Origin: a virus
Taxonomy: Duplodnaviria; Caudoviricetes
Direction: 5' to 3' (one strand)
IMG/VR virus record: IMGVR_UViG_3300037833_000027
Span: 1 to 54,818 of that record
Length of the DNA: 54,818 nt
Of this stretch, positions 8,797 to 18,692 are shown in pieces (the first letter of the stretch is position 1; each line of letters opens with the position of its first letter). Made by a program: the position numbers and the translations under genes. A model generated the notes under the pieces. It saw only the letters and a list, made by a program, of their open reading frames with translations. It had not been told where the DNA came from and searched no databases.

Positions 8797-9090
8797 TCAG
8801 CGCAGGACGAGGTGGGCGACGGCACGTTCGAGGGTGGAGGCGACCGCAGTTCGCGAGCCTTGGTGGAAAGCTTGGCAGGCTCCGCCGGGGCTGACGGCGA
8901 TCAGGCCGAGGTAGCGTCCACCGCGGAGCGCGACCCACGACTTCACCCGCGACGCCGTCCAGTCGTACGGGTGGAGGTCGACGCCGGAGACGACCCGGGG
9001 CCGGTGGGGCGAGGCCGAGTACGGGTGGAGGTGTGCCGGCCAGCCGGCCGGCACGCGGTTCGAGTTCCGTTGCTTTAGCTGCATCAACAC
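8797..9090 (-). CDS. Hypothetical protein
   Basis: ORF leading the minus-strand run; no recognised motif. Confidence 0.4.
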   Translation of the reverse strand: MLMQLKQRNSNRVPAGWPAHLHPYSASPHRPRVVSGVDLHPYDWTASRVKSWVALRGGRYLGLIAVSPGGACQAFHQGSRTAVASTLERAVAHLVLR

Positions 9091-9209
9091 GAATTAGAAC
9101 AGACGGTGTTTTGGCCCACAATCATGAGCGAAGCTGCCGTCTCTAACGTGTTGCCGGGCCGGAGGCGGTCGCGACAATGCACACCCCCGAAAGGTAGGGT
9201 CACAACCAC

Positions 9210-9992
9210 ATGTCCACGGGCCACAAACCAAAGTTCAGGCCGGAGATGCTCGACCGGGGCCCCATGCAGTACGCCCCCGAGAACGAATTGGGTGTCGTGT
9301 TCCTCTTCGCAGAGCTGTCGCGTCGGTGGCGCCTGCGGGTGGAGACGATTCGGCCCGGGTACCCGGACTGCATCGCGTACCAGAAGGTCGGCGGCCGCGA
9401 ACGGCAGGTGCGGATCGAGTTCGAGTTCCGATCGCGGAACTTCTTCAGCCACCGGCACAAGGCCCGCGGGTGTGACTGGCTCGTCTGCTGGGAGCACAAC
9501 TGGCCGGCGTGCCCGGAGCGGATCCGCGTCGTAGAGCTGCGACGGGAGTTCGGTCTCGGATTTAACGTATGGGTGCAACCCGTGTCGGGCGAGTACAAGC
9601 AGCGGATCTCCGCCATCGACTCCGATCCAGATTGGAGCGCGCCCAGCCGGGCGCAGAAGGGGGACCTCCTGTTGTTCTATCACAACCGCCCGGACATGAG
9701 CATCAAAGACCTGTTCGTCCTCCGGGGTCCGGTCAGGCGCAAGCGTGCCGGGTGGCGGCCGGGCATGGACTACATGGCCCCGATCCGGCGGGTCTGCCGG
9801 TTGGACGCTCCGGTCTTCTTGGAGGACCTGAGACGCGACCGCATCGTGCGCACCGCGGGCTTCGTCAGAAAGAACATGCTCGGGCGGCCGAACGCCACCG
9901 AGCATTGGCCATACGTGTACGACATGATCGTCCGGCGCAACCCCTCGGTGCGGCGGCGCCTGGCTAAGTTCGCGCCCGATCAGCTTGGGTGA
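9210..9992 (+). CDS. PD-(D/E)XK-like nuclease fused to EVE/PUA-like domain
   Basis: NELGVVFLF...YPDC...RIEFEFRSRNF..H.H...DWLVCWEHNW; C-terminal WSAPSRAQKGDLLLFYH. Confidence 0.7.
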   Translation: MSTGHKPKFRPEMLDRGPMQYAPENELGVVFLFAELSRRWRLRVETIRPGYPDCIAYQKVGGRERQVRIEFEFRSRNFFSHRHKARGCDWLVCWEHNWPACPERIRVVELRREFGLGFNVWVQPVSGEYKQRISAIDSDPDWSAPSRAQKGDLLLFYHNRPDMSIKDLFVLRGPVRRKRAGWRPGMDYMAPIRRVCRLDAPVFLEDLRRDRIVRTAGFVRKNMLGRPNATEHWPYVYDMIVRRNPSVRRRLAKFAPDQLG

Positions 9993-10609
9993 TCAGCAGC
10001 TGCCACCACTGGCCCGAACGACACACCTGCGCGACCGGTCCGGCGCTCCGCCCGACGAGCCCCCGTGGCTGAACCGCTCCTTGAAGATGCATAGGAAGTC
10101 CTCGACCCCGTCGCAGGCGAGCCGCCGCAGCTCGCGCGGCAGCTGCGCCCGGGTCAGGTGGTCATCGGTCGCTTCCAGGCCGAGGGCCGCCGCCCCCTTC
10201 CGTACGCCAGCATGCAGGTAGACCTTGTCCGGCGACAGGTACAGCCATGCGCCCGGTCGGACTGCGGCGTCGTAGACGGACAGGTCGGCGAAGCCGGGGA
10301 CGCGGCAGCCGTCGACGATCGCCAGCAGCGCGTCGAAGTCCGCGGCCCGCTTGACCGCCTTCCGGCGGGCCCACAGGTTGTCGCGGACCTCCTCCAGGAC
10401 GTCACGCGGGATCCTGCGTTGGTGGTCACACCGCTTGCCGTCCGGCCGGGTGCGGTCCGGAGGCTGGGGAGCGACCGGTAGAACGCGGCCTGCTGCCGGC
10501 GAAGGGCGCGTCGGCTCTCGACGAACTGGTCGACCAGCCGCCGTAGGACGACCGGGCCCGTTACCGGCGTGGATATTGTCGTCGAGGTCGAACGCGATGG
10601 CATCGTCCC
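9993..10609 (-). pseudogene. Frameshifted conserved hypothetical protein (HhH-like VPGFADLSVYD...VYLHAG...EDFLCIFK)
   Basis: Manual translation; frame changes near 10455 and the C-terminal frame is absent from the ORF track. Confidence 0.65.
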
Positions 10610-10835
10610 CATTCTACCGATGCGCGGATCAGCGCGTTTCGAATGTGGTGACTGCATACCGCGGTTGGGCCTTCAGTTCAGGCGTCCCGACGGCGACGAA
10701 TGTGGAGCTTCGATCGGCGGTGGCGTCTGTTAACCCCTATTTGGCACATGCGGCCGTCCCCGGGCTCAGCGGGGATGGCAAGCCCGCAGCCGGCCGGCGC
10801 AGCCTTTGTGCCTTTGCCAACTGGTCGTCGGGCAA

Positions 10836-11216
10836 TCAGCCGTTGCGGGTGCCTAGCTTCCGGGCGGCGGCCAGGACGTCGCGGACGAACCGCTTGACCG
10901 GCTCGTCGGACAGCCGCTCGAGGTCGCGGATCGCCGCCCGGGTCGTCGCGTCGACCGGCCCGTCCGGGATCTCGTCGGGCAGGAACAGCTCGTAGTAGCT
11001 CGCCCCAAGCGCGTCGGCCAGCTTCGCGACGGCCTCCAACGACGCGGCCTTCTCCCCCCGCTCGATCGACCCGACGTGCTTGAAGTCGACGCCGGCGGCC
11101 GCGCCGAGCTCCTGCTGGGTCAGGCCCGCGGCCTCGCGGAGCAGCCGCACGCGGCGGCCGAACAGGGCCGGCAGCGGCTCGGGGTTCGGGCTGTCCTTCG
11201 GCGGTCCCTTGGCCAC
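10836..11216 (-). CDS. XRE-family HTH transcriptional regulator
   Basis: FGRRVRLLREAAGLTQQELG...HVGSIERGEKAASLEAVAKLADALG. Confidence 0.9.
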   Translation of the reverse strand: MAKGPPKDSPNPEPLPALFGRRVRLLREAAGLTQQELGAAAGVDFKHVGSIERGEKAASLEAVAKLADALGASYYELFLPDEIPDGPVDATTRAAIRDLERLSDEPVKRFVRDVLAAARKLGTRNG

Positions 11217-11322
11217 GCCCCCCAGATTAAGGGGTGCCGGAGATTGCAAAACCGTCCGTTTGGCGTCTTCGCCGGTGTCATTGCAGCCATTATGGCGGTA
11301 TCGTGCCGGCGGATACCGCCTG

Positions 11323-12012
11323 ATGGACTACCTGTGGCACGTCGGCGTCGACCTGGGGTGCTCCGCGCAGAGCGGCAGCCCGTCGTCCGCCGTCGCCGTG
11401 CTCGACGCGGCCGGGAAGCTGACCGGGCCGCCCCGCCACTTCCGCCGGGCGGCCGAGCTGGTGGCGTTCCTGGCCCCCCTGCCCCGCGGTTCCATGGTGA
11501 TCGCGGTGGACGCGCCGCGGTCGGTGCCGGACCACACGAAGGAGAACTACGCCCGGCGGAGCTGCGAGACGCTGCTGGCCCGGCACTCGGGCGAGCACGT
11601 CGGCTCGTTCGCGGGCGTCGCGTCGCTGTTCGTGCGGTGGCACGAGATCGAGGCCGCCCATTTCGCCGACGTCCGGGTGATCGAGACGTACCCGCGGGCG
11701 GTGTGGGCGAGGCTCGGCGTGCCCCACAAGCCGAAGGACTATAAGGACAAGGGCAAGACCGCGGAGATCGCGGCCGCGATCGAGCGGCTTACGGGCGTGT
11801 GCTGCGCCGGGTTCACGTCCCACCAGGTCGACGCCCTCCTCTGCGCGTACACGGCCTGGTGCTACGCCCGGGGGCGGGTCGAGTGGCACGGGGAGCCGGG
11901 GGAGGGGCTGATGATCCTGCCGTCCGGCACGGGGACGGGGCGGCCGCCGCCGGACGCGGAGGCGATCGGCGATCCCTTCCGCCGGTTTGGGTCGCAGGAA
12001 TCCGGCCGCTGA
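11323..12012 (+). CDS. DUF429-family RNase H-fold predicted nuclease
   Basis: VGVDLG...IAVDAP...R.CE...IETYP...VDALLCA. Confidence 0.8.
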   Translation: MDYLWHVGVDLGCSAQSGSPSSAVAVLDAAGKLTGPPRHFRRAAELVAFLAPLPRGSMVIAVDAPRSVPDHTKENYARRSCETLLARHSGEHVGSFAGVASLFVRWHEIEAAHFADVRVIETYPRAVWARLGVPHKPKDYKDKGKTAEIAAAIERLTGVCCAGFTSHQVDALLCAYTAWCYARGRVEWHGEPGEGLMILPSGTGTGRPPPDAEAIGDPFRRFGSQESGR

Positions 12013-12357
12013 GCGAACAGCTGTTGCCCCCCTTGCCCCGACTGTCCCAGAAACCCTCGTGGTACATTCATCGCCCGTTGGCCACCCGCTCGCGGGAACC
12101 GATCGACCGGCGCGACCTACGTCGTCTGTCCCGCATCGCGGCCGACGACCGACGCGAGTTCTTAGCTCGGCGGCCCCGCTGGCACGCGATGGCGGGTCGC
12201 GCTCTGCGCGTCGCGCCCTGCCAAGGCGGCTCCCTCGATTCGCGTGGCCCCGTGTGATGAGGCTACCTGTCATCGGACCCGTCCATGGCGCAATCGCCGA
12301 ATCGGTGATGCTGCGACCTCTGTTGTTGCCGCGGCTGGTGTCATCCCAGAATCGTGG

Positions 12358-12675
12358 TCAGTCGCCGGCGCCTTCCTCGTAACGGAATGAGTCGTCCCAG
12401 ATCGTCCAGCTGTCCACCCAATCCAACGTTGCCCCGTCCACCTTGGCCACGTACAGGGTCAGATATTCAGGTTCCCCGCTGCTCAGGTTGTCCACATACC
12501 TCTTGGCTGTGTTCCAATCGTCCAAGAGGTGCTGCGCCTTCATGCGGGCGGCAGCCTCGGTGCGGTAGACGCCGACGAACGCATCGCCCGCGTCCCCTTG
12601 ATACCCAACCATGAAACAGGACAGGAAGTCGCTGTCGTGCGGCTGTCCTACAGAATTTACTTCGCGTGCCATCAC
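12358..12675 (-). CDS. Hypothetical protein (start uncertain)
   Basis: Protein-like ORF downstream of the methylase. Confidence 0.45.
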   Translation of the reverse strand: MMAREVNSVGQPHDSDFLSCFMVGYQGDAGDAFVGVYRTEAAARMKAQHLLDDWNTAKRYVDNLSSGEPEYLTLYVAKVDGATLDWVDSWTIWDDSFRYEEGAGD

Positions 12676-12763
12676 ATCCTCCCGCGGAGATCATCCGCAG
12701 ATAGACCCGTCAGCAGGGATCCTACGAGTTCCCCCAGATGAGCCAACGGGATCACAGTTCAGT

Positions 12764-13561
12764 TTAGAAGTTCATCCACAGACCTTCGGTCTCCCGACGC
12801 TTTTGGCCACCACCGGCCGCGTGGTTGGCGATGTCCCGCGTCACGCACCGCCAATCACGGTAGAGCTTCCGATAGAGCTCGGACGGGTACCCGCTCAACA
12901 CCACCTTGGACCGGCACCCTCTCAGGGCGTCCGCCAGGTCAACGTGGTCGTCGTCCGTCATCTCGTGCCCGTACACCGACGTGCTCGCCCGCGTCCCGTG
13001 GACGTACGGCGGGTCGCAGTAGATCAGTGCCTCGGCGTCGTCGAACTTCCGGATCGCGTCGACCGCAGGCATGCACAGGAGCTCGACCCGCCGGAGCCGG
13101 GTGACGACCTGCGGCAACCCGTCGATCGCCGTCCACCACGCGTTGACGTCGCCTGCCATCCCGCCCCGGGCGCGGCGGGTCGTGCAGCTCCAGCTGCCGC
13201 CGCGGCCGCCGAACGACTGTCGCCACCGCACGAAGTCCCGCCGGGCCTCGTCGACCTCGCCCGCCCCGCTCGGGCGCCCGTCGGCCGCGGCGGCGTCAAA
13301 CTCGGCCTGAGCGTACGGCGTGAGCCGGAGCCGGTCGGCCAGCTCCGCCCCCCGCTCGCGCAGCACGCGGAACAGCCGCACGATCCGCCCGTCCAGATCG
13401 TTGTACGCCTCGACGTCGGCCGGCTCCTTGTTCAGCAGGACCGAAGCCCCGCCGCCGAACGGCTCAAGGTAGATCCGGTGTGGAGGGAAGTGCCCGATGA
13501 TCCAGTCGCACAGGTAGAACTTCCCTCCGTGCCATTTCACCGGCGGTCGTAACTTGGCCAT
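12764..13561 (-). CDS. Dam-family (D12 class) DNA adenine methyltransferase
   Basis: KWHGGK, YLEPFGGGASV, YNDLD, IYCDPPY, VVLSGY. Confidence 0.93.
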   Translation of the reverse strand: MAKLRPPVKWHGGKFYLCDWIIGHFPPHRIYLEPFGGGASVLLNKEPADVEAYNDLDGRIVRLFRVLRERGAELADRLRLTPYAQAEFDAAAADGRPSGAGEVDEARRDFVRWRQSFGGRGGSWSCTTRRARGGMAGDVNAWWTAIDGLPQVVTRLRRVELLCMPAVDAIRKFDDAEALIYCDPPYVHGTRASTSVYGHEMTDDDHVDLADALRGCRSKVVLSGYPSELYRKLYRDWRCVTRDIANHAAGGGQKRRETEGLWMNF

Positions 13562-13748
13562 AGCTCCTCCACTCTCGACGTCACGCTGTGCTCCGGTCGC
13601 GAACTGCGGACCGGCCGACCTTACGAAAGGAATATGCTGCGAACTCGAACGGTGTTGCGCACCCGCAAGGAAACGTGCTCCGCACGTCGTCGGCCACCAG
13701 ACGAGTTTGTCCGGGAGGGCACCGCGGAGCCGCCGACCACCCCGAGGG

Positions 13749-15926
13749 CTACCCGGATGCTCCTCGGCCGCGCCGCGGGCTCCCGCATGCCCGTCCGTGC
13801 CGTCGGGGGCCCGTGGACCGGCCAGGCGGATCGGGCGGTGACGCCGCCCGCGCGGCCACGAGCGGGTCGATGGCCGCCGGGTCGAACAGCAGCATGCCGG
13901 AGATCGACCGCGTGGGCTGCGGCAGCTTGCCCGTCGTCAGCCACCGCCCGAGCGTCGTCCGCCCGATCCCGAGCAGCGTCGCGACCCGCTGGCCGGTGTA
14001 GAGATCCTTCGCCAGCTCCCAACGCTTCCGCGCCATCCCCTTGTGCCGACACTGGTCGTGGAACTGCGGGACGCCGGCCCAGTAGTGCTTGCGGCGGATC
14101 GGCAACGCCCGCCCGCACCCGCACGAGCAGACGTGCTTGCCCTCCTGCCCGCGCATCCACTCGGTGATCCGGTCGCCCGCCATCCGCGCGTCGCCGCGGA
14201 TCTCGACCGCGAACGCGGCGTCCGTCGCGTCGGCCGGGTCGGCGCCCGGCGGCGCGAGGCGGAGCCGGATCGACAGGTGCGACGCGTCCTGCGCGTCCAC
14301 AGTCAGCCCGTGGTGCTCGACCAGCGACCGCACGAACGCGCGGCCGGCGTCGGCCGTCTGGCCGACCAGGGCGTGCAGGCTCTTCAGGTACCGCGCGACC
14401 CGCTCGCGCGACATCGGCGGCCCGGCCGACTTGGCCGCCGCCGCGTCCGCCCGCTTGGTGTCGTCCCGCTCGCGCAGCTGCTTGGCCCGCTGGGTCAGCT
14501 CGACGATCCGCCGCCACGCCGCCTCCTGCTCGGCCTCCGCCCGCGCCCCGTCGTGCCGGCGGTACCACAGCTCGAGGTCCGCCTCGACCTTCCGCAGCGA
14601 GGCCACGGAATCCTCACCCCGCTCCTGCTCCCGCCGCCGGGCGTCGGCGAGCCGGCGGGCGGCCTCGTGGACGCGGTCGACCAGGTCGCCCGACGCGATC
14701 AGTTCGCCGACGCCGCCCCAGAACGCCTCGTGCACCTTGTCGGTGTTCAGCGGCGGGAACTCGCACCCGCCGACCGCGGCCGGGCCGCGGTACTTGCGCT
14801 TAGAGCAGACGTAGTACCCGTAGCTCCCGCCGGTGCGGCCGGGCCGGGCGGCCATCGCGGCCCCGCACGTGCAGCGGAGCACGCCGGTCAGCGGGTACCG
14901 GCGGCTCGCGTACGCCGCCGTCCCGCGGCCGAGGTGCTGGCACGTGTTCGCCGCCTTGATCGCTTGGGCGCGCCGCCACGTCTCCTGGTCGACGATCGGC
15001 TCGTGGCGGCCGCGGTGCAGCTCCTGGCGGCTCTTGGCCGCCCGCCGCCCGCGCTGGGTCTGGAACAGCTGCTCGTCGAAAGGGATCCACCCGGCGACCA
15101 CCGGGTCGTTGACGATCCGCCGGACCTTCTCCGGGCACCAGAGCAGGCCGGAGCGGCGGCGGTGGCCGAGTTGGTTCAGCTCGTTCGAGATCCGGCGGAC
15201 GCCCCAGCGGTCGTGCACGTACCGGTCGAAGACGAGCCGCACCACCTTGGCCTCGGCCTGGTCGACGTACAGGTGCCCCCGCTGGGGGTACTCGGTTTGC
15301 GCGGTGACGCTCGCCAAGTCGGTGTCGGTGCCGGCGGCGACCAGGTCGGCCCGCCGCCGCGCCTGGCTCGTGTAGCCGTACGACGGCGGGCCGCCGACGT
15401 GCCGACCGTCCTGGGCCATCGCCCGCTTGACCCGCCGGACGCGGTCGCCGACCTGATCCTTCTCCAGCTCGGCGGCCGCGGCCCGGACGCGGCCGGCGAA
15501 CTTGTCGGACGGGCTGCGGAGCGCGAGCGGGCCACTCAACGTGTGCAGCTCGACGCCGTGGTCGGTGCAGAGCTGGCGGAGCTGGTCCCACAGGGCGAGC
15601 TTCCGCGTTAGCCGGTCGACGTCGCGGACGACGATCGCACCGACCCGGCCGGCGACGACGTCGTCGATGAGCCGGCGCCCGGCCTCCCGGAGCTCGAACG
15701 GGACGTCGCCACCGACCGCCTTCAGCTCCTCGTACATCGTGACCGGGCCGAGGCCGGCGCGGAGGACGTAGGCGGTGATGTTCTCCCGCTGCGCCGACGC
15801 CGACAGGCCCTTCAGGCTCTCGTCTTTTGTCAATCGGATGTAGCCGGCGGTGACGCGCCGCTCACCGGCCGCCGCGGGCGGAGCCGGGGCTGGAACGCTT
15901 CGAACTTGTCCGACGGTCGCGTTCAT
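13749..15926 (-). CDS. Large serine recombinase with extra C-terminal CxCGCG and excisionase-like HTH
   Basis: YIRLT...SASAQ, VRDVDRLTR, PSYGY, recombinase domain, HEPIV, LTGVLRCTCG zinc ribbon, coiled coil; tail LYTGQRVATLLGIGRTTLGRW. Confidence 0.9.
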   Translation of the reverse strand: MNATVGQVRSVPAPAPPAAAGERRVTAGYIRLTKDESLKGLSASAQRENITAYVLRAGLGPVTMYEELKAVGGDVPFELREAGRRLIDDVVAGRVGAIVVRDVDRLTRKLALWDQLRQLCTDHGVELHTLSGPLALRSPSDKFAGRVRAAAAELEKDQVGDRVRRVKRAMAQDGRHVGGPPSYGYTSQARRRADLVAAGTDTDLASVTAQTEYPQRGHLYVDQAEAKVVRLVFDRYVHDRWGVRRISNELNQLGHRRRSGLLWCPEKVRRIVNDPVVAGWIPFDEQLFQTQRGRRAAKSRQELHRGRHEPIVDQETWRRAQAIKAANTCQHLGRGTAAYASRRYPLTGVLRCTCGAAMAARPGRTGGSYGYYVCSKRKYRGPAAVGGCEFPPLNTDKVHEAFWGGVGELIASGDLVDRVHEAARRLADARRREQERGEDSVASLRKVEADLELWYRRHDGARAEAEQEAAWRRIVELTQRAKQLRERDDTKRADAAAAKSAGPPMSRERVARYLKSLHALVGQTADAGRAFVRSLVEHHGLTVDAQDASHLSIRLRLAPPGADPADATDAAFAVEIRGDARMAGDRITEWMRGQEGKHVCSCGCGRALPIRRKHYWAGVPQFHDQCRHKGMARKRWELAKDLYTGQRVATLLGIGRTTLGRWLTTGKLPQPTRSISGMLLFDPAAIDPLVAARAASPPDPPGRSTGPRRHGRACGSPRRGRGASG

Positions 15927-16074
15927 CCTGTTCAACCACGAGTCGTGCGAGCATCTCAACCAGCTCGTCCGCGACCGCCGCGGACGACGAGTTGAGTTTG
16001 TCGGGAGGGGAACACGCCGGTTGAGGTTCAGTAATGTTTTGCCTGCGAACATGGTCGGGCGGCGTGCCCGCGCG

Positions 16075-16101
16075 TCCGGAACGCTGGAACACTGGAACAC
16101 C
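16075..16101 (+). repeat. Iteron-like 27 bp element, inverted partner of 19795-19821
   Basis: tccggaacgctggaacactggaacacc: three ggaac units at 8 bp period. Confidence 0.85.
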
Positions 16102-16109
16102 TCCGCCGA

Positions 16110-18611
16110 TCAGGGCTTGACGTCCTCGTGGCCGAGCGAGCGTACCGGGATGAGCAGGCCCCACGCGTTCACGCCGGCCGCCCGCAGGCGATGCCGCTCC
16201 GCCCCCGGCACGCGGGCCAGGACGTAGCCGGTGTTGGCGCCCGACCAAGCCGTCCCCCGCAGCAGCTTGTGCTCCACGGCCTTCGGGTTGAAGAAGACCT
16301 TGTCGCCGACGAGCTTGATCCCGACGGCGTTCAGCTCGGCGGCGCCGCGCCGCTCGCGCAGCAGGTCGCCGACCGGGACGTCACCGCCCCCTCCGTTCTC
16401 CCCGTACCTCACGGTCGCCGAGAGGATCGCCTGCAACAGCTCCTGCTCGTCGGGCTCCCCCTGCTGCTCCAGCACGGTCTGCCGCTCGGACAGGACCTGG
16501 CCCAGCCACGCCCGCGCGTCCGCCTCCGACAGGCCGCACATGACCCCACGGACGGTCGCGGGCAACGCCAATAGCTCGAGCAATCGGCCGTACCGCTGGA
16601 ACTCGGGGTCGACGCTGAGCACCGCCACGCGCCGACGCACCTCCGCGGCCGATACGAGGGCGGCCGCCAAGAGCTCAAGACCGAGTCCGGCCAGGTCGTC
16701 GGCCGGCGGCATCGGGGCCGCCTCCCGTCCCGTGAGCTCGAAGACGACGAACCGGTTCCGGTCCACCGCGTCCCGGAGGCCGACGCTGACCGCGGCCATC
16801 CAGAACATGTGGTGGACGTAGAACCGCAGCGGCCGCCCGCTCGGCGTCCCCTTGCTGATCGGCGCGGCGCCGCGCCGGGTGGCGGAACGGGCCAGCTTGA
16901 TCAGGCCGCGGCGGCCGTGCCAGTTCTCGCACTCGTCGATCAGGCACGGGACGGAGGTCGCGCCGATCTGCTGGCGCACGGCGGCCTCGCTCGTCTCGTT
17001 CTCGAACCGCCGGGCGAACGGCCAGAGCCGGTTCAGCAGGGTGACCAGGGCCGTCTTGCCCGTGTTCGTCGCGCCGGTCAGCCACGCGTGCGGCCGGACG
17101 TCCCAGGTCTGCTGCAGCGGCGTGGCGACCGCGAGCGCCGCCAGCAGCTCGCGGTCGTGCCCGTGGCTGAACTTCCACGGCGCCAACGTGTCGAGCAACT
17201 GGCACCATAACAACTGCAGGTGATCGGCCGTACACGCTTTGGAGGCCTCAACGAGCCTTCCGACGTCGATGAACGGCGCGGGCCCCGTCAGCTCGAGGAG
17301 CTTCCCGTTCACCAGCGGGATCTCGATCGGCGAGCTAGCTAATCCGGGCGCAGCAGGGTCGGGCCCGATCCGGTACGCGCGGTTACCCACATTCAGGATG
17401 AACGTCGCATCGCCGTCGAGCCGCCAGACGCCCGCGCCCAGGACGTCGTCCGCGCCGAACACGCGCTTGCGTGACTCGGCGGCGATCGCGTTACGGTAGA
17501 TCGCCGCGTCGACTTCCAGGTCCACCGCCGCCGGCCCCGCCATCTGGATGAGCGTCGCATGATCCAGCTCGCGGAGCTTCCCGACCCGCCACAGCCGCTT
17601 GGTGTCCCGGGACCAGATCAGCGTGTCGCCCCGGTCGTCGAGTCCGAGCACCTCGATCGAACCGGGGACGATGCTCCTGCTGCCCGCCTCCCCTTCCTCT
17701 CGGGCGGCTCCGTCTTTTGCGACTTCGGCCGCCGCGGCACTCCAGGTGCGGTCGAAGTAGTCGTCGCGAGGGTCACCGAACTTGCTCTTCCCCGACAGCC
17801 AGCCGCGGGCGCGCTCGCGGTCGACGCCCGCACGGATCAGGTCACAGCACGCCCGGAAGTCCGCCCTGCTGCGATCGCCACCCGGCGCATCGAGCCCTGC
17901 CAGGACGCGGAGCACGTCGGGGGGCGGCGGATCTCCCGCGGGCACGGCCCCCGCAGCCGGTCCCGGCCCGTCGCCCGCCTCGGGGAACGCTTCAATGCCG
18001 TGGCGTCGGGTCGCATCCGCTGAGACGAGCACACAGGGGGCCGGCGGGGCGCCGTTTCGGGCGTCCTTCACGTTGTCGAACTCGGGCAGGCGAAGGAGCC
18101 GAGCGACGTCGTTCGTGTGGTCTCCGCCGACGGCGCGCCGGACGGCCTCCAGGATCCGCGTGGCCTTCTGCCGGTTACCCGCCTCGTCCAGTAGTAGCGG
18201 TGCCTCAAGGCGCCAGTAGAGGTGTGTGCCGTGCCCGCTGTTCACGACCGCCGAGGGGGCCGGGAGGCCAGCCTGCTCCGCCCGAGCGAGCGCGGTTTGA
18301 GGCGGGCAGCCGTCGACGTCCGCCCACAGCACTCGGAGCAGCGACACATCCTTCGAGGTTCCACCCCCATGTGCTCGTCGGGGACACACCCCGAAGAAGA
18401 CGTTCACCCAATGGGGTGCGGAGTTGATCTGGAGAAGGTCAGGGATCAGGTCTGACAACCGGTCGCACCTCGACCAGTGTCGACATGCTGCGCGGGTGCG
18501 ATTGGCACCCCCGGAACGCCACGTTTCGATCCCGCGGACCTCGACGAGGTCCTCCGGCTCGAACAGCGTGTTTAGGAATCGGGCCAGACCCGAGCGAACA
18601 GCCTCATTCAT
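16110..18611 (-). CDS. RepB-type primase fused to P-loop helicase/ATPase
   Basis: NVFFGVCPR, LWADVD, VNSGHGTHLYW, DVARLLRLP; Walker A GATNTGKT, Walker B LIDE. Confidence 0.85.
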   Translation of the reverse strand: MNEAVRSGLARFLNTLFEPEDLVEVRGIETWRSGGANRTRAACRHWSRCDRLSDLIPDLLQINSAPHWVNVFFGVCPRRAHGGGTSKDVSLLRVLWADVDGCPPQTALARAEQAGLPAPSAVVNSGHGTHLYWRLEAPLLLDEAGNRQKATRILEAVRRAVGGDHTNDVARLLRLPEFDNVKDARNGAPPAPCVLVSADATRRHGIEAFPEAGDGPGPAAGAVPAGDPPPPDVLRVLAGLDAPGGDRSRADFRACCDLIRAGVDRERARGWLSGKSKFGDPRDDYFDRTWSAAAAEVAKDGAAREEGEAGSRSIVPGSIEVLGLDDRGDTLIWSRDTKRLWRVGKLRELDHATLIQMAGPAAVDLEVDAAIYRNAIAAESRKRVFGADDVLGAGVWRLDGDATFILNVGNRAYRIGPDPAAPGLASSPIEIPLVNGKLLELTGPAPFIDVGRLVEASKACTADHLQLLWCQLLDTLAPWKFSHGHDRELLAALAVATPLQQTWDVRPHAWLTGATNTGKTALVTLLNRLWPFARRFENETSEAAVRQQIGATSVPCLIDECENWHGRRGLIKLARSATRRGAAPISKGTPSGRPLRFYVHHMFWMAAVSVGLRDAVDRNRFVVFELTGREAAPMPPADDLAGLGLELLAAALVSAAEVRRRVAVLSVDPEFQRYGRLLELLALPATVRGVMCGLSEADARAWLGQVLSERQTVLEQQGEPDEQELLQAILSATVRYGENGGGGDVPVGDLLRERRGAAELNAVGIKLVGDKVFFNPKAVEHKLLRGTAWSGANTGYVLARVPGAERHRLRAAGVNAWGLLIPVRSLGHEDVKP

Positions 18612-18692
18612 AGTGGTCTCCTTTCACGACGGTTCGTGCGGAAACCTAAGCTGTCTTGGGACTGGGAATCGGGAAGAGAATCGTGAATTCCG

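Noticed and set aside
13655-13668. ttgcgcacccgcaa small inverted repeat as att site of the serine recombinase
   Set aside because: Only 5 bp arms and no partner site found in the window.
14043-15611. 522 aa plus-strand ORF
   Set aside because: Antisense shadow of the serine recombinase in high-GC DNA; no motifs.
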